A DNA stretch of 64,000 bases. Origin: an uncultured Acidobacteriota bacterium. Lineage in GTDB: Bacteria > Acidobacteriota > Vicinamibacteria > Vicinamibacterales > 2-12-FULL-66-21. Position 1 is the first letter of the stretch. Each line of letters opens with the position of its first letter. The DNA lies in NCBI GenBank assembly GCA_963836665.1, contig CAWIKL010000002.1:276878-340877 (forward strand), in the 5' to 3' direction. Both the position numbers and the translations under genes were made by a program. A model generated the notes under the pieces. The model saw only the letters and a program-made list of their open reading frames with translations. It ran no database searches and was not told the DNA's origin. Shown piece after piece: positions 16,111-26,112 of the stretch.

Positions 16111-17994
16111 TCACGACAGATTCTGCGTACCCAGAAGTTCCTTCGGCTTCTTTGCGTCCTCCGTGTCATTCGCCTCTCTCGCCTCTTTCGGGCCCTCCTG
16201 CTCCTTGTATTGCAGCTGATACAGCTTGTAGTAGATCCCCCGCAAAGCGAGTAGTTCCTGGTGCGTGCCGGCTTCGCGCAGGTGCCCCTTGTGGAGGACG
16301 AGGATCTTGTCCATGTCCTGGATCGTCGACAGCCGGTGCGCGATGGCGATCGTCGTGCGGCCCGACATCAGTACGTGCAGCGCATCTTGAATCAGGATCT
16401 CCGTCTCGGTGTCGACGCTTGACGTCGCTTCGTCGAGGACGAGAACGCGCGGGTCGAAGGCCAGCGCGCGGGCGAACGACAACAGTTGCTTCTGCCCCAC
16501 CGACAGCGTTGCACCGCGCTCCGCCACGGGCGAGGCGTAACCGGCCGACAGGCGCGACACGAACGGTGCCGCGTGCACGGCGACGGCCGCCTGCTCCACG
16601 GCGGCATCGGAAATGGGCGCGCCCAGGCGGATGTTCTCGGCGATGGTGCCCGAGAACAGGTGCACGTCCTGCAGCACGAGACTGAAGAGCGAGCGCAGGC
16701 CGGCGAGCGGCAACTCCCGCACGTCGACGCCATCGACGAGGATACGGCCGCGCGTCACGTCGTAGAAGCGCAGCAGCAGGCTGATAATCGTCGACTTCCC
16801 GGCGCCGGTGGCACCGACGATGCCGACGCGTTCGCCGGGCGTGACGTCGAACGTCACATCTCTCAGCACGAAGTCTGGTTCCCCGTCAGGACCGTTGCCA
16901 TAGGCGAACCACACGTGATCGAACTGGATGCGGCCGGCCTTGGCGCGCGCGGCCTCCGCGGGCAGGGCGCGCGGCGGATCCGCCGGGCTCTGGATGCTCA
17001 CCGGCTCGTCGAGCAGCCGGAAGATACGCTCCGACGAGGCCATCGCCGACTGCAGGATGTTGAACTTCTCCGACATGTCGGAAATCGGCCGGAAGAAGCG
17101 GCCCGAGTAGAGCAGGAACGCGACCAGCGAGCCCAGTGTCAGCGCCCCCTGCAGCACCCACCGCCCGCCGAACCAGATCGTCAACGCCGCCGCCAGGGCG
17201 CTGTTGAGCTCGATGGCCGGGTAGAAAACGGCGTAGTAGATGATCGAATCGACGTTGGCGCGGCGATGCTCCTCGTTGATCGCGTCGAATTCGCGATACG
17301 CGCGCCCTTCGCGGCGGAACAGCTGTACCGTCGTCATGCCGGTGATGTGTTCCTGCAGGTAGGCGTTGATCCGCGCGATCAGGCGCCGCACCGTCCGGTA
17401 CGACTCGCGCACGTGCCGGCGAAACCACTGCGTGACCAGGAAGATGAGCGGCAGCACGGCAAAGGCGACCAGGGCCAGCCGCCAGTTCATCGACAGCATC
17501 ACGATCATGATGCCGGCGAGCGTGAAGACGTCCCCGAAGATCGAGACCACCCCGGAGGTGAAGAGATCGTTGATGACGTCGACGTCGGTCGTCACCCGTG
17601 TCATCAGCCGTCCGACCGGGTTGCGGTCGTAGAAGCGCAGGTCGAGGCGTTGCAGGTGCCGATAGATCTCCATGCGCAGGTCGAACATGATCCGCTGCCC
17701 GGTCATCTGCAGCAGCCAGGTCTGGGTGAACTCCAGGCCGAAGCCGCCGACGATCACCGCGACGTAGACGAGCGCAATGCGGTTGATGCCGCCGATGTCG
17801 GCCGCGGGGATGAAGCGGTCGATGGCGAGCTTGACGAGGTAGGGCTGCACCAGCTGCAGCACCGAACTGGCGATGATCGCCACCAGCGCCAGGAAGGCAA
17901 AACCGCGGTAGGGGCGGAGGTAGACGAGCAGCCGCCGCATCAGGCGGGCGTCGTAGGCCTTGCCGACGACGTCTTCGTCGTGCGCACCGCTCAT
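16111..17994 (-). CDS. ABC exporter subunit (TMD-NBD half transporter; canonical Walker B Glu, non-canonical signature LSVGQ)
   Basis: 627 aa with a six-TM-type N-terminal half. Motifs: Walker A GATGAGKST, signature LSVGQKQL, Walker B VLVLDEATSSVD, H-loop AHRLST. There is a 4-nt overlap with the upstream partner. Confidence 0.9.
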   Translation of the reverse strand: MSGAHDEDVVGKAYDARLMRRLLVYLRPYRGFAFLALVAIIASSVLQLVQPYLVKLAIDRFIPAADIGGINRIALVYVAVIVGGFGLEFTQTWLLQMTGQRIMFDLRMEIYRHLQRLDLRFYDRNPVGRLMTRVTTDVDVINDLFTSGVVSIFGDVFTLAGIMIVMLSMNWRLALVAFAVLPLIFLVTQWFRRHVRESYRTVRRLIARINAYLQEHITGMTTVQLFRREGRAYREFDAINEEHRRANVDSIIYYAVFYPAIELNSALAAALTIWFGGRWVLQGALTLGSLVAFLLYSGRFFRPISDMSEKFNILQSAMASSERIFRLLDEPVSIQSPADPPRALPAEAARAKAGRIQFDHVWFAYGNGPDGEPDFVLRDVTFDVTPGERVGIVGATGAGKSTIISLLLRFYDVTRGRILVDGVDVRELPLAGLRSLFSLVLQDVHLFSGTIAENIRLGAPISDAAVEQAAVAVHAAPFVSRLSAGYASPVAERGATLSVGQKQLLSFARALAFDPRVLVLDEATSSVDTETEILIQDALHVLMSGRTTIAIAHRLSTIQDMDKILVLHKGHLREAGTHQELLALRGIYYKLYQLQYKEQEGPKEAREANDTEDAKKPKELLGTQNLS

Positions 17995-19868
17995 GACGCC
18001 TGCAGCTCCTCTTCCAGCAGCTGCTTGCGATACATCGCCGCGTAGAGGCCGTTGCGCGCGACCAGCTCGGCGTGAGTGCCGCGCTCCGCGATGCCGCCGT
18101 CTGCGAGGACGAAAATCCGATCGGCGTCGCGCACCGTCGAGATACGGTGCGCAACGATGATCGACGTCCGCCGGCGCATCACCGCGCCGAGGCGCGAGAG
18201 GATCTCTTCCTCGGTGTAAGTATCCACCGCTGACAGCGCGTCGTCGAGGATCAGGATCTTCGGATCGACAAACAGCGCGCGCGCCAGCGCGGTGCGCTGC
18301 TTCTGGCCACCCGAGAGTGTGATGCCGCGCTCGCCGACGGCCGTAGCGTAGCCCTTGGGGAAGTCGGCCGCGTCCTTGTCGAGACGCGCCACGGCCGCGG
18401 CGGCGGCGACTGCCTCGTCGGTCTTGGCGGACTCCTGCGTCTCGGCAAAGGCGACGTTCCCGGCGATCGTCGTCGAAAACAGGAACGGCTCCTGCGGGAC
18501 GAAGCCGATCGCGCCGCGCAGGCGGGCGAGCGGAATCTCCCGGACGTCGACGCCGCCGATACTGAGGCTGCCGGGCGGCGGTTCGTGCAGTCGCGCCAGG
18601 AGCGAAATCAGCGTCGACTTACCAGAGCCGGTCGCGCCGACCAACGCCACGGTCTGCCCGGCCTCGATGCGCAGGCTCACGTCTTCCAGCGCCGGCCGCG
18701 CACTCCCGGGATAGGTGAACGTGAGGTGGCGAATCTCGATCGCCTCGTCGAGCGGCACGGCGCGGCCGCGCTCGGTAACACCGGCGTCGCTGATCGACGG
18801 CTCGTGCTCGAGGACTTCGAGCATACGGCCCCACGATGCCAGGCCGCGCTGCAGGATATTGGTGACCCAGCCAAACGCGATCATCGGCCAGCTGAGTAGC
18901 GCGAGATAGCCGTTGAAGGCGACGAATTCGCCGAGGGTGATGCTGCCGCGAATCACCTCGCGGCTGCCCATCCACAGCACCATCAGCGAGCCGAGCCCGA
19001 TGAAGAACGTCATGCTCGGATAGAACGCCCCCTGCAGGCGGATGAGGACGCGGTTGCGGCGGAGGTATTCCTCGTTGGAGCGGCGGAAGCGCTCGGTCTC
19101 GTGCGCCTCCTGCCGGTAGGCGCGGACGACACGCACACCCGACAGCGCTTCCTGCACGACGGCGCTGATGTCGGACAGCTGCGCCTGGATCTGCTCGAAG
19201 CGGCGGTGGATCGCGGACCCGAAGTAGCGCACCGCGACGGTCACAAACGGTAGCGGCAGCAGCGCGACCAGCGTGAGGCGCGCGTCGATCTTCAGCATCA
19301 GCCCGGTTGCGATCACGAACACCAGGACGGTGTTGGCTGAGTACATGATCGCCGGCCCGATCATCATGCGGACGGCGTTCAGGTCATTGGTCGCGCGCGA
19401 CATCAGGTCGCCGGTGCGGCGGGCCTGGTAATAGGCGAGCGGCTGCTGTTCGAGGCGCGCGAAGAAGTCGTTGCGGATGTCGTACTCGATGTCGCGCGAC
19501 GCCCCGATGATGATCCGGCGCATCAGGAACAGGAAAATCCCGCGCATCAGCGAAACCCCCAGCATCAGCGCCGCGTAGAACAGCAGTTTGTCGCGCGTCA
19601 CCGCCTGGTGCAGGTCGTCGATCGCGTACTTGAGGACCCACGGGCTGAGCAGCTGGAAGGCCGTCGTGGCGATGACGCAGACCAGGCCGGTACCGAAGGC
19701 GCGGCGATAACGCTGGACGTAAGGAAGGAGTTTGCGGACGGCGGAAGAAGCCACTATGCCAAGGATAACAAGGCCGCGCGAGCGGAGAAAAAAACGGAGC
19801 GTCCGACCGAAGCCAGACGCCCCGCCTCCTCCCAACGACCACCGTCGAGCCCGGTGTGAACCGGGCAA
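17991..19868 (-). CDS. ABC exporter subunit (TMD-NBD half transporter; Walker B Asp in place of catalytic Glu)
   Basis: 625 aa. Motifs: Walker A GATGSGKST, signature LSGGQKQR, Walker B ILILDDALSAVD, H-loop AHRIST. Confidence 0.9.
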   Translation of the reverse strand: MPGSHRARRWSLGGGGASGFGRTLRFFLRSRGLVILGIVASSAVRKLLPYVQRYRRAFGTGLVCVIATTAFQLLSPWVLKYAIDDLHQAVTRDKLLFYAALMLGVSLMRGIFLFLMRRIIIGASRDIEYDIRNDFFARLEQQPLAYYQARRTGDLMSRATNDLNAVRMMIGPAIMYSANTVLVFVIATGLMLKIDARLTLVALLPLPFVTVAVRYFGSAIHRRFEQIQAQLSDISAVVQEALSGVRVVRAYRQEAHETERFRRSNEEYLRRNRVLIRLQGAFYPSMTFFIGLGSLMVLWMGSREVIRGSITLGEFVAFNGYLALLSWPMIAFGWVTNILQRGLASWGRMLEVLEHEPSISDAGVTERGRAVPLDEAIEIRHLTFTYPGSARPALEDVSLRIEAGQTVALVGATGSGKSTLISLLARLHEPPPGSLSIGGVDVREIPLARLRGAIGFVPQEPFLFSTTIAGNVAFAETQESAKTDEAVAAAAAVARLDKDAADFPKGYATAVGERGITLSGGQKQRTALARALFVDPKILILDDALSAVDTYTEEEILSRLGAVMRRRTSIIVAHRISTVRDADRIFVLADGGIAERGTHAELVARNGLYAAMYRKQLLEEELQAS

Positions 19869-19991
19869 ATCCGAAAGTTTGAACTCGGAGATTCGGGCTG
19901 ATTGGATCTCCCGAATCCGCGTTCAGCAGAACTTGCTGACTAGCACTGACTTGCGGGAAATCCCAGTCAGATACGGCCGGTATACAGCAAG

Positions 19992-20675
19992 CTAGATGCC
20001 GACGCCGGTGAGGTCGCCGCGGAGGAGTGCGTCTTTCATCAGGCGGCTGCCGCAATCGAGGTGTTCTTCCATGCGTGTCCGTGCGCCGGAGGCGTCGTGG
20101 CGCGCGATTGCCTCGGCGATCTGCTGGTGGGCTTCGCCGGCCGTTTCCGTGAACTGCCCGAAGTTGACGCCGAGCGACATGAAGCGATCCACCTGCGCCA
20201 GGCAGCGCTCGATCAATTCCAGCGCGAGCGTGTTGCGCGCCGACGCGGCGATGGCGAGATGGAATTGCACATTGGCTGTTTCGGACTCGCGGTAGTCCTT
20301 GGCGCCCATCGGTACCCGCGCCAGCGCGCGCAGCCGCTCGATGTCAGTGTCGCTGGCGAGCTCCGCGGCACGCGCCGCCGCCGCCCCCTCGAGCAGGCGC
20401 CGCACATCGAACGTGTCGTGGATCTGCTGCACGGTGACGCGGGCGACGAAGTAGCCGTGCCCAACGACGCGGTCGAGGTAGCCTTCCTGCCAGAGGCGCG
20501 CGAGTCCTTCGCGGATCGGCGTCCGGCTCATGCCATGCTCCGCGGCCAGTCCGACTTCCGAGAGCGCCGCGCCCGGACGATACCGGCCCTCGACAATGCC
20601 CGTTTTCAGATTGCGGTAGGCACGCTCCACGTGCGGTGCGTCGAGGGGCTGCCGGGCGGTACGGGCTTTCGCCAT
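19992..20675 (-). CDS. GntR-family transcriptional regulator (FadR/FCD-type C-terminal domain)
   Basis: The winged-helix region reads LSEVGLAAEHGMSRTPIREGLARLWQEGYL, followed by a helical FCD-like C-terminus. ATG 20675 is preferred (see promoter); the track ORF extends to TTG 20711. Confidence 0.85.
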   Translation of the reverse strand: MAKARTARQPLDAPHVERAYRNLKTGIVEGRYRPGAALSEVGLAAEHGMSRTPIREGLARLWQEGYLDRVVGHGYFVARVTVQQIHDTFDVRRLLEGAAAARAAELASDTDIERLRALARVPMGAKDYRESETANVQFHLAIAASARNTLALELIERCLAQVDRFMSLGVNFGQFTETAGEAHQQIAEAIARHDASGARTRMEEHLDCGSRLMKDALLRGDLTGVGI

Positions 20676-20681
20676 TGGCGG

Positions 20682-20711
20682 AGTATACCTAGCGGATCCA
20701 ACCGGCGGCAA
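20682..20711 (-). promoter_or_regulatory. candidate promoter giving a leaderless gntR-family mRNA
   Basis: On the minus strand: TTGCCG (20711-20706), an 18-nt spacer, TATACT (20687-20682), then 6 nt and the ATG at 20675. Confidence 0.4.
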
Positions 20712-20794
20712 TACGTGCTATCCTGACCGCGCCTCCTCCCAGCAGGCGCGTGCCAGCGGCTCTTTCCATCAACACTCCGGGGCGGGAACGAACT

Positions 20795-21631
20795 ATGCGC
20801 ACGCGTGTGTTTGCATTTGGTCTTTGTCTGTTCGGGGGTCTGTGGTCTGCCGTGCCCGCCGAGGCGCAATACGGCGCGCGCAGCACCAACGCCAACCGTG
20901 CCACGGGCGAAACCTACCACGTCGAGCTCGGCGTCCAGTTCTGGGACCCCGTCCCCGATCCGATCCTCATCTCCAGCGAGTCGCTCGGCATCATCGGCTC
21001 CAACATCGATTTCGTCAATCAGCTCGGCATCGCGCAGACCAAGTTCCGCGAGCTCAGCGTCCTCGTACGGCCGGCGACGAAGCACAAGTTCATTTTCGAG
21101 TACACACCAATCACCTACGACGCGCAGAAAGTCGTGACCGCGTCGTTCGTCTTCAACGGCCAGCTCTATCAGATCGGCATCCCGGTCACGACCGAGCTGA
21201 AGTGGAACGCGTATCGCTTCGGCTACGAGTGGGACTTCCTCTACAAGAACCGCGGCTTCGCCGGGCTGCTCGTGGACTTGAAGTACACCGACATCCAGGC
21301 CACACTGTCGTCGGCGGCGGTCGGAGTGGCGCAGTTCTCACACGCGCGCGCGCCGATTCCCGCGATCGGCGCCATCGGGCGCGGCTACATCGTGCCGAAC
21401 ATTTCGATCACGGGGGAGTTCAGCTTCTTCAAGCTGCCCGATCGAGCCCTGAACACCGATCAGTATTCGGGGCATTACTACGATCTGAATCTCTACGGCA
21501 CGGTCAACTTCACCGATCACTTCGGCGCCCAGGTCGGTTACCGGTCATGGGACGTCTACTACAAGGTGAAATTCGACACCGGCTCGATGACGCTGAAGGG
21601 GCCGTACTTCGGCGCGGTCGCGCGGTTCTAG
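20795..21631 (+). CDS. putative outer-membrane beta-barrel protein
   Basis: The signal peptide is MRTRVFAFGLCLFGGLWSAVPAEA/QY. The body has alternating amphipathic strands and ends ...YFGAVARF, with the aromatic C-terminus typical of OMPs. Confidence 0.55.
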   Translation: MRTRVFAFGLCLFGGLWSAVPAEAQYGARSTNANRATGETYHVELGVQFWDPVPDPILISSESLGIIGSNIDFVNQLGIAQTKFRELSVLVRPATKHKFIFEYTPITYDAQKVVTASFVFNGQLYQIGIPVTTELKWNAYRFGYEWDFLYKNRGFAGLLVDLKYTDIQATLSSAAVGVAQFSHARAPIPAIGAIGRGYIVPNISITGEFSFFKLPDRALNTDQYSGHYYDLNLYGTVNFTDHFGAQVGYRSWDVYYKVKFDTGSMTLKGPYFGAVARF

Positions 21632-21655
21632 ACTGATCCGAACGGATCCGAGGGC

Positions 21656-24409
21656 CTATTCCGGGCGAACGAACACACCCAGGAACCGCGTGTCCTTGCT
21701 CCGGCCGTCGACGTCCGAGGGATGGAAGCCCGCTTCAGATTTGATCCGCAGCAGCGCTGTCCCGGATGGATCGAGCGGGACCTCGATGCGGCGCTCCTCC
21801 CCTCCCGTCAAGGCGACGTCGCCGCGCCAGGCGCCCGACTCGAGCAGCACGTGGTTGTCGGCAGCGCCGTTCCTGACAAGGATCGGGAACGTGGGCGCCC
21901 GGCGATCCGCGTGCGCGACGACGGTCGTGTCGCGCGCGCCGCCGACCCAGAAGCCCGACGGCTCGGGAAACGCCCGGTCGTCGACGAAATAGACGACGCT
22001 GTTGCCGTAGCGCACGGCCCGCCGCGCCACTTCGCTCGACAGGCGCGCCACCGACATCGACATCGGCCGCAGGGCGATCGACTCGAGTTGATCGCGCGCC
22101 CCCTCGTCGGTGCGCACGTTGATCGCGCGCACGTCGACCGGCAGGTCGATGCGGACGCCGCGGTCGAAGGCGGCGATCGGCTGCGTGACGATCGCGAACT
22201 GATCGTTGCCGACCCCGGCCATCACCCAGCCTTCCTGGCCGCCGCGCCGCCGGACCTGCAGCATGTACGATCCGGCCGGCACACCGGGGAACACCGCCAG
22301 CGGCCGGTTGAGGGGGCGGGGAATCCCGCGCCCGGCGCGAACCGCCACCGGCACTTCGAGCGACATGTTCCAGGCCAGGGACCGTGGCACCTGCCGGTGA
22401 CCGGTCAGGTCGAACGCGACGCTCCGTGACGATGCCAGCATGCGCAGGGCGTCCATCTGCGCGGCGACGGCGCTCGAGGGCTGCGCTTGCACGCGCCACA
22501 CGATCGTGCCGGCAAGCATGACAGCGGCGGCACTGGTTGCCGTCATCGCCGCGATCGCCTGCGCACCGGCCAGGCGGCGGCGATCGATCCACCACGCCGC
22601 GGCAAACGCCGCCGCGCCGAGACACAGTATCCATGGCGCTGTCGACGCAAACCCGCTCTGCGCCGCGTTCACGCGCGCCTGCAGTCCGGTACCGATCGGC
22701 AGCGGCACGAACGCCGGGACGGCAGCCGGCAGCTCGACCACGCGTGTCGCCCACTCCATCCATGGCGCCGCCGTCACTCCTCCCTCGTTGCGGGTGTGGT
22801 AGCCCAGGCGCCCTCCCCCCGCTCCTGCCATCACCGCCGACAGCCACATCGACACGACGAGCGCGCCGAGCATGACCACGCGAAGCCCGCGCGAGGTCGC
22901 CGCGGACCAGGCGCAGGCGGCCGGAATCGCCAGCGGCAGCAGCAGCGGCACGAGAAAGCGCGCCGGACCGCTCAACCCGGCCCACCACATCGCGAATGTC
23001 GTCACGGCGAGCAGGTAAGGAATCGCAACGACCAGCCACTCGAGGCCGAGGCGTCGCGTCTTGGCGAAGCCGCCGAACGCGAATACGAGGATCGGTGCGG
23101 TCGCCAGCAGGCCGAAGCCCTGGTCGAAGAGCAGGCCGCCGAGGCCGTCTGGCAGGAATGCGAACGAGCTGTCGACGCGTCCACCGTAGGGCGCCGACGG
23201 ATCAGGTGCGCCATAGATCACGACGAAGAAAAACAGCCAGGCCACAGCGCTGATGGCGGGCGGCAGCAGGAAAGCAATCGCCTTCGCCATCGCCTTCGGC
23301 ACATGCGCCAGGCGGATGAGGATCAGGCCGCCCAGCGTCGCCGCCAGGACCGAGAAGCGCGTGTGCAACCAGGGCAGCAGCGCAAGTGCCGCGCCGTGCA
23401 GCAGCCAGGGAAGGATCCTCGAAAATGACGAACTCGGTTCTTCGTGGTCTTCGTGTCCTTCGGCTTCCCAGCCCGCGCGCAGCAGCGCCCAGAAGCCGGT
23501 CAGGACGATCGCGGCCCCGGCGCCGTCGGGATAGACCGTGAAGGTCTCGAGCAGCCACGGCGCGGCGAAGGCGATCGCCGCCCAGCCGAACCACGCCGCC
23601 GCCACGCTGCCCGTCACGCGCCACGCCAGGTGCCAGGCCAGTGCGCACGCGGCCGCCGCCACCAGCAGCAGAAAGACGACGACGCCGTGGTAGCCGCCGA
23701 TGGCAAACGCCGGCAGCACGATCGCTGGCAGTCCGGGAGCGTGAATCGAGTAGACGGCGCCGTTGCGTCCGCGTTTGATCGAGTCGGGATTCAGGTCGCC
23801 GGGGAAATATGCGCGGTAGTCGCCGCGCAGGTGGTTGTTCTCGATCTTCAGGTCGTGGTCGTAGAGGAGACTCTGGGTGATGACGAGATAGTGGGGCTCG
23901 TCGCCGCCGGGAATCGACGGCGACGCGAGCCAGGCAGCGATGGCGAAGATGACGAACGACAGCACGCCGGCGAGGACGGCGTGAGGTCGTTGGCTCGCAT
24001 AGAACGTCCAGGCTTCTCCGCGCGCCACCCGCAGCAGCGCGATCCCCGTGACCAGCCACACCAGCGACAGCACGCCGCCGGTCCAGATCAGGAACGCGTC
24101 GGGCACCGCGAGCGGCAGCCACGCCAGGAAGACGAGCGTCAGCGGCGCGAGGGCGGCCGCCAGCGTCGCCGCGCCGCACGCGCTACGCCAGGCGATCGCC
24201 AGCACGACCGCGCCGGCCCCCGCCGCCAGCACGAGGTGCCAGGCGTCGAGCGGAATGACGCCGAGGCGCACACCGGCGGGCAGCGCCGAGGCCGACGGCC
24301 CGCTGAACGCGATCGCGCCGAACGACAGCAGCGCCGCCGCCGCGGTGAACGCAGCAGCCGCGATCGCGGCAGCACGGGATGTCGAGACCGGCGCTACAAT
24401 GACCAGCAA
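21656..24409 (-). CDS. large polytopic membrane protein, GT-C-like (putative glycosyltransferase) with C-terminal soluble domain
   Basis: 917 aa with more than 12 hydrophobic segments. The first-loop motif GGDEPHYLVITQSLLYDHD resembles GT-C (PMT/ArnT-type) DE-motif loops. The last ~300 aa are non-membrane. The start codon is TTG. Confidence 0.5.
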   Translation of the reverse strand: MLVIVAPVSTSRAAAIAAAAFTAAAALLSFGAIAFSGPSASALPAGVRLGVIPLDAWHLVLAAGAGAVVLAIAWRSACGAATLAAALAPLTLVFLAWLPLAVPDAFLIWTGGVLSLVWLVTGIALLRVARGEAWTFYASQRPHAVLAGVLSFVIFAIAAWLASPSIPGGDEPHYLVITQSLLYDHDLKIENNHLRGDYRAYFPGDLNPDSIKRGRNGAVYSIHAPGLPAIVLPAFAIGGYHGVVVFLLLVAAAACALAWHLAWRVTGSVAAAWFGWAAIAFAAPWLLETFTVYPDGAGAAIVLTGFWALLRAGWEAEGHEDHEEPSSSFSRILPWLLHGAALALLPWLHTRFSVLAATLGGLILIRLAHVPKAMAKAIAFLLPPAISAVAWLFFFVVIYGAPDPSAPYGGRVDSSFAFLPDGLGGLLFDQGFGLLATAPILVFAFGGFAKTRRLGLEWLVVAIPYLLAVTTFAMWWAGLSGPARFLVPLLLPLAIPAACAWSAATSRGLRVVMLGALVVSMWLSAVMAGAGGGRLGYHTRNEGGVTAAPWMEWATRVVELPAAVPAFVPLPIGTGLQARVNAAQSGFASTAPWILCLGAAAFAAAWWIDRRRLAGAQAIAAMTATSAAAVMLAGTIVWRVQAQPSSAVAAQMDALRMLASSRSVAFDLTGHRQVPRSLAWNMSLEVPVAVRAGRGIPRPLNRPLAVFPGVPAGSYMLQVRRRGGQEGWVMAGVGNDQFAIVTQPIAAFDRGVRIDLPVDVRAINVRTDEGARDQLESIALRPMSMSVARLSSEVARRAVRYGNSVVYFVDDRAFPEPSGFWVGGARDTTVVAHADRRAPTFPILVRNGAADNHVLLESGAWRGDVALTGGEERRIEVPLDPSGTALLRIKSEAGFHPSDVDGRSKDTRFLGVFVRPE

Positions 24410-24415
24410 TTCTAC

Positions 24416-26075
24416 ATGCAGGTCCGGCCCGGCACCATCGCGCGTCCGCGCGAGATCCTCCTCAGCGCTCTGGCCGGCGTCGCACTCGCGATCGTGATGA
24501 CGTGGCCGCTCGCCACGGGATTGTCACGGCTCGGGCGCACCGAGCCGACCAACGCCGACGGCCAGTTCAGCATCTGGAACATCTCGTGGGTCGCGCGTAC
24601 CGATCGTCGCCGATCCGCTGCACCTGTTCGACGCCAACATCTTCGCGCCGCACAAGACGACCCTGGCCTATTCGGAGGCGAACCTCCTGCCGGGCGCGCT
24701 CGGCGCGCCGGCGTGGTGGTTGACGCGCAACCCCTGGTTCACCCTCAACGTCGTCTTGCTCGCCGCGTTCGCGTCGGCGTTCGCCGGCGCCTACCTGCTG
24801 CTGCTCCACCTGTCCGGCGACCGCGCCGCGGCCGCGGCCGGTGCGGTGGTCTACGCGTTCTGCCCCTACGTGATGTCGCACCTGTCGCACATCCAGCTGC
24901 TCTTCACCGGGGGCATTCCGCTGTCGCTCTATTGTCTTCACAGGCTCGCCGACCAGGTCGAGACGAAGCGGGCGGTGGCCCTGGGAGTGACGCTCGCCGC
25001 GCAAGCGCTGGCCTGCGCCTATTACGGCGTGTTCGCCGGACTGGTCATCGGCTACGCGACGCTGCTGCTGGCCACGACGCGCCGGCTGTGGACCTCACGC
25101 GCCTGGTGGCAGGCGATCGCGTCGGCGGCGGCGATCGCCCTGACGTTCACCATCCCGGTCTTCATCCCGTTTCTCCGGGTGCAGAGCGACACGGGATTCG
25201 CACGCACGGTCGAGGACACCGCCCGCTGGTCGGCGCGGCCGATCGACTATCTGGTCTCTGCCGCACACGCCCATGCGCCGCTGCTCGATTACGCACGGAG
25301 CGTCGGGCCATGGCTCGAGGTCCTCTTCCCCGGCTACCTCGCCGTTCTGCTCGGCGCCGCGGGGCTCGTGATCGCGCTGCGCCGCCGCGAGGACCGCGAG
25401 ACGGCGCTGCTCTACGGCACGCTCGGCCTGCTCGCCTTCTGGTCGTCGTTCGGGCCGCGCGCCGGGCTCTACCGCGTGCTCTACAGCCTGCCGACGTTCT
25501 CGTTCCTGCGCGCGCCGTCGCGGCTCGGACTGCTCGTGACGATGGTGCTGGCGCTGTTTGCGGCGATCGCCATCCGCGCCATCCTGGCGCGCCTGACCGC
25601 GGGCCTGCGCCGACTGATCGGCGCCGCTTTCGTCGCCGCCGCCATCGCCGACGTCGCCGTCTTTCCGATCCACTGGGCAACAGCGCCCGCGATCCCCTCG
25701 GGCTACGCGACGCTGCTGCGCCGCCCCCGCGCGGCGCTCGCGGAATTTCCGTTCTACGGCGAGCGTATCGCCTTTCCGCTGCACGCGCAGTACATGCTGT
25801 TCTCGACCGCGCACTGGTTGCCGCTCGTCAACGGCTACAGCGACGTGATCCCCGCCGATTTCCGCAAGGACGCGCCGATCCTCGATTCCTTTCCATCAGC
25901 CGACGCCTTCGCCGCGCTCGCCCGCCACCGCGTCCGCTACATCGCCGTGCACTGGGACATGTACGTCAACCGCAGGGAGGAAATCCGCGCGCGGCTCGAG
26001 CGCTATCGCGCCAATCTCAACGAGCTGTCGTCGAACGATCGGATGAGCATCTACGAAGTGATCGGGTATCCGTGA
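24416..26075 (+). pseudogene. polytopic membrane protein (GT-C/YfhO-like), +1 frame break near 24602
   Basis: The N-terminus MQVRPGTIARPREILLSALAGVALAIVMTWPLATG...NISWVART is in frame 2. The continuation IVADPLHLFDANIFAPHKTTLAYSEANLLPGALGAPAWW-LTRNPWF... is in frame 3 and joins track ORF 24720..26075 with no stop in between. Confidence 0.65.
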
Positions 26076-26077
26076 AT

Positions 26078-26112
26078 AGAAGGTAGAAGACAGAAGACAG
26101 AAGACAGAAGAA
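26078..26112 (+). repeat. heptamer tandem repeat AGAAGAC-type (5 units) filling a convergent intergenic gap
   Basis: Units: AGAAGGT AGAAGAC AGAAGAC AGAAGAC AGAAGAA. The array runs between the stop at 26073-26075 (+) and the slt stop at 26113-26115 (-). Confidence 0.85.

Noticed and set aside
23444-26086. 880-aa plus-strand ORF.
   Set aside because: It is a chimera. Its first ~970 nt are antisense to the 917-aa membrane gene. Only 24416-24601 is real N-terminal coding sequence of the plus-strand membrane protein, and the rest is out of frame relative to ORF 24720..26075.
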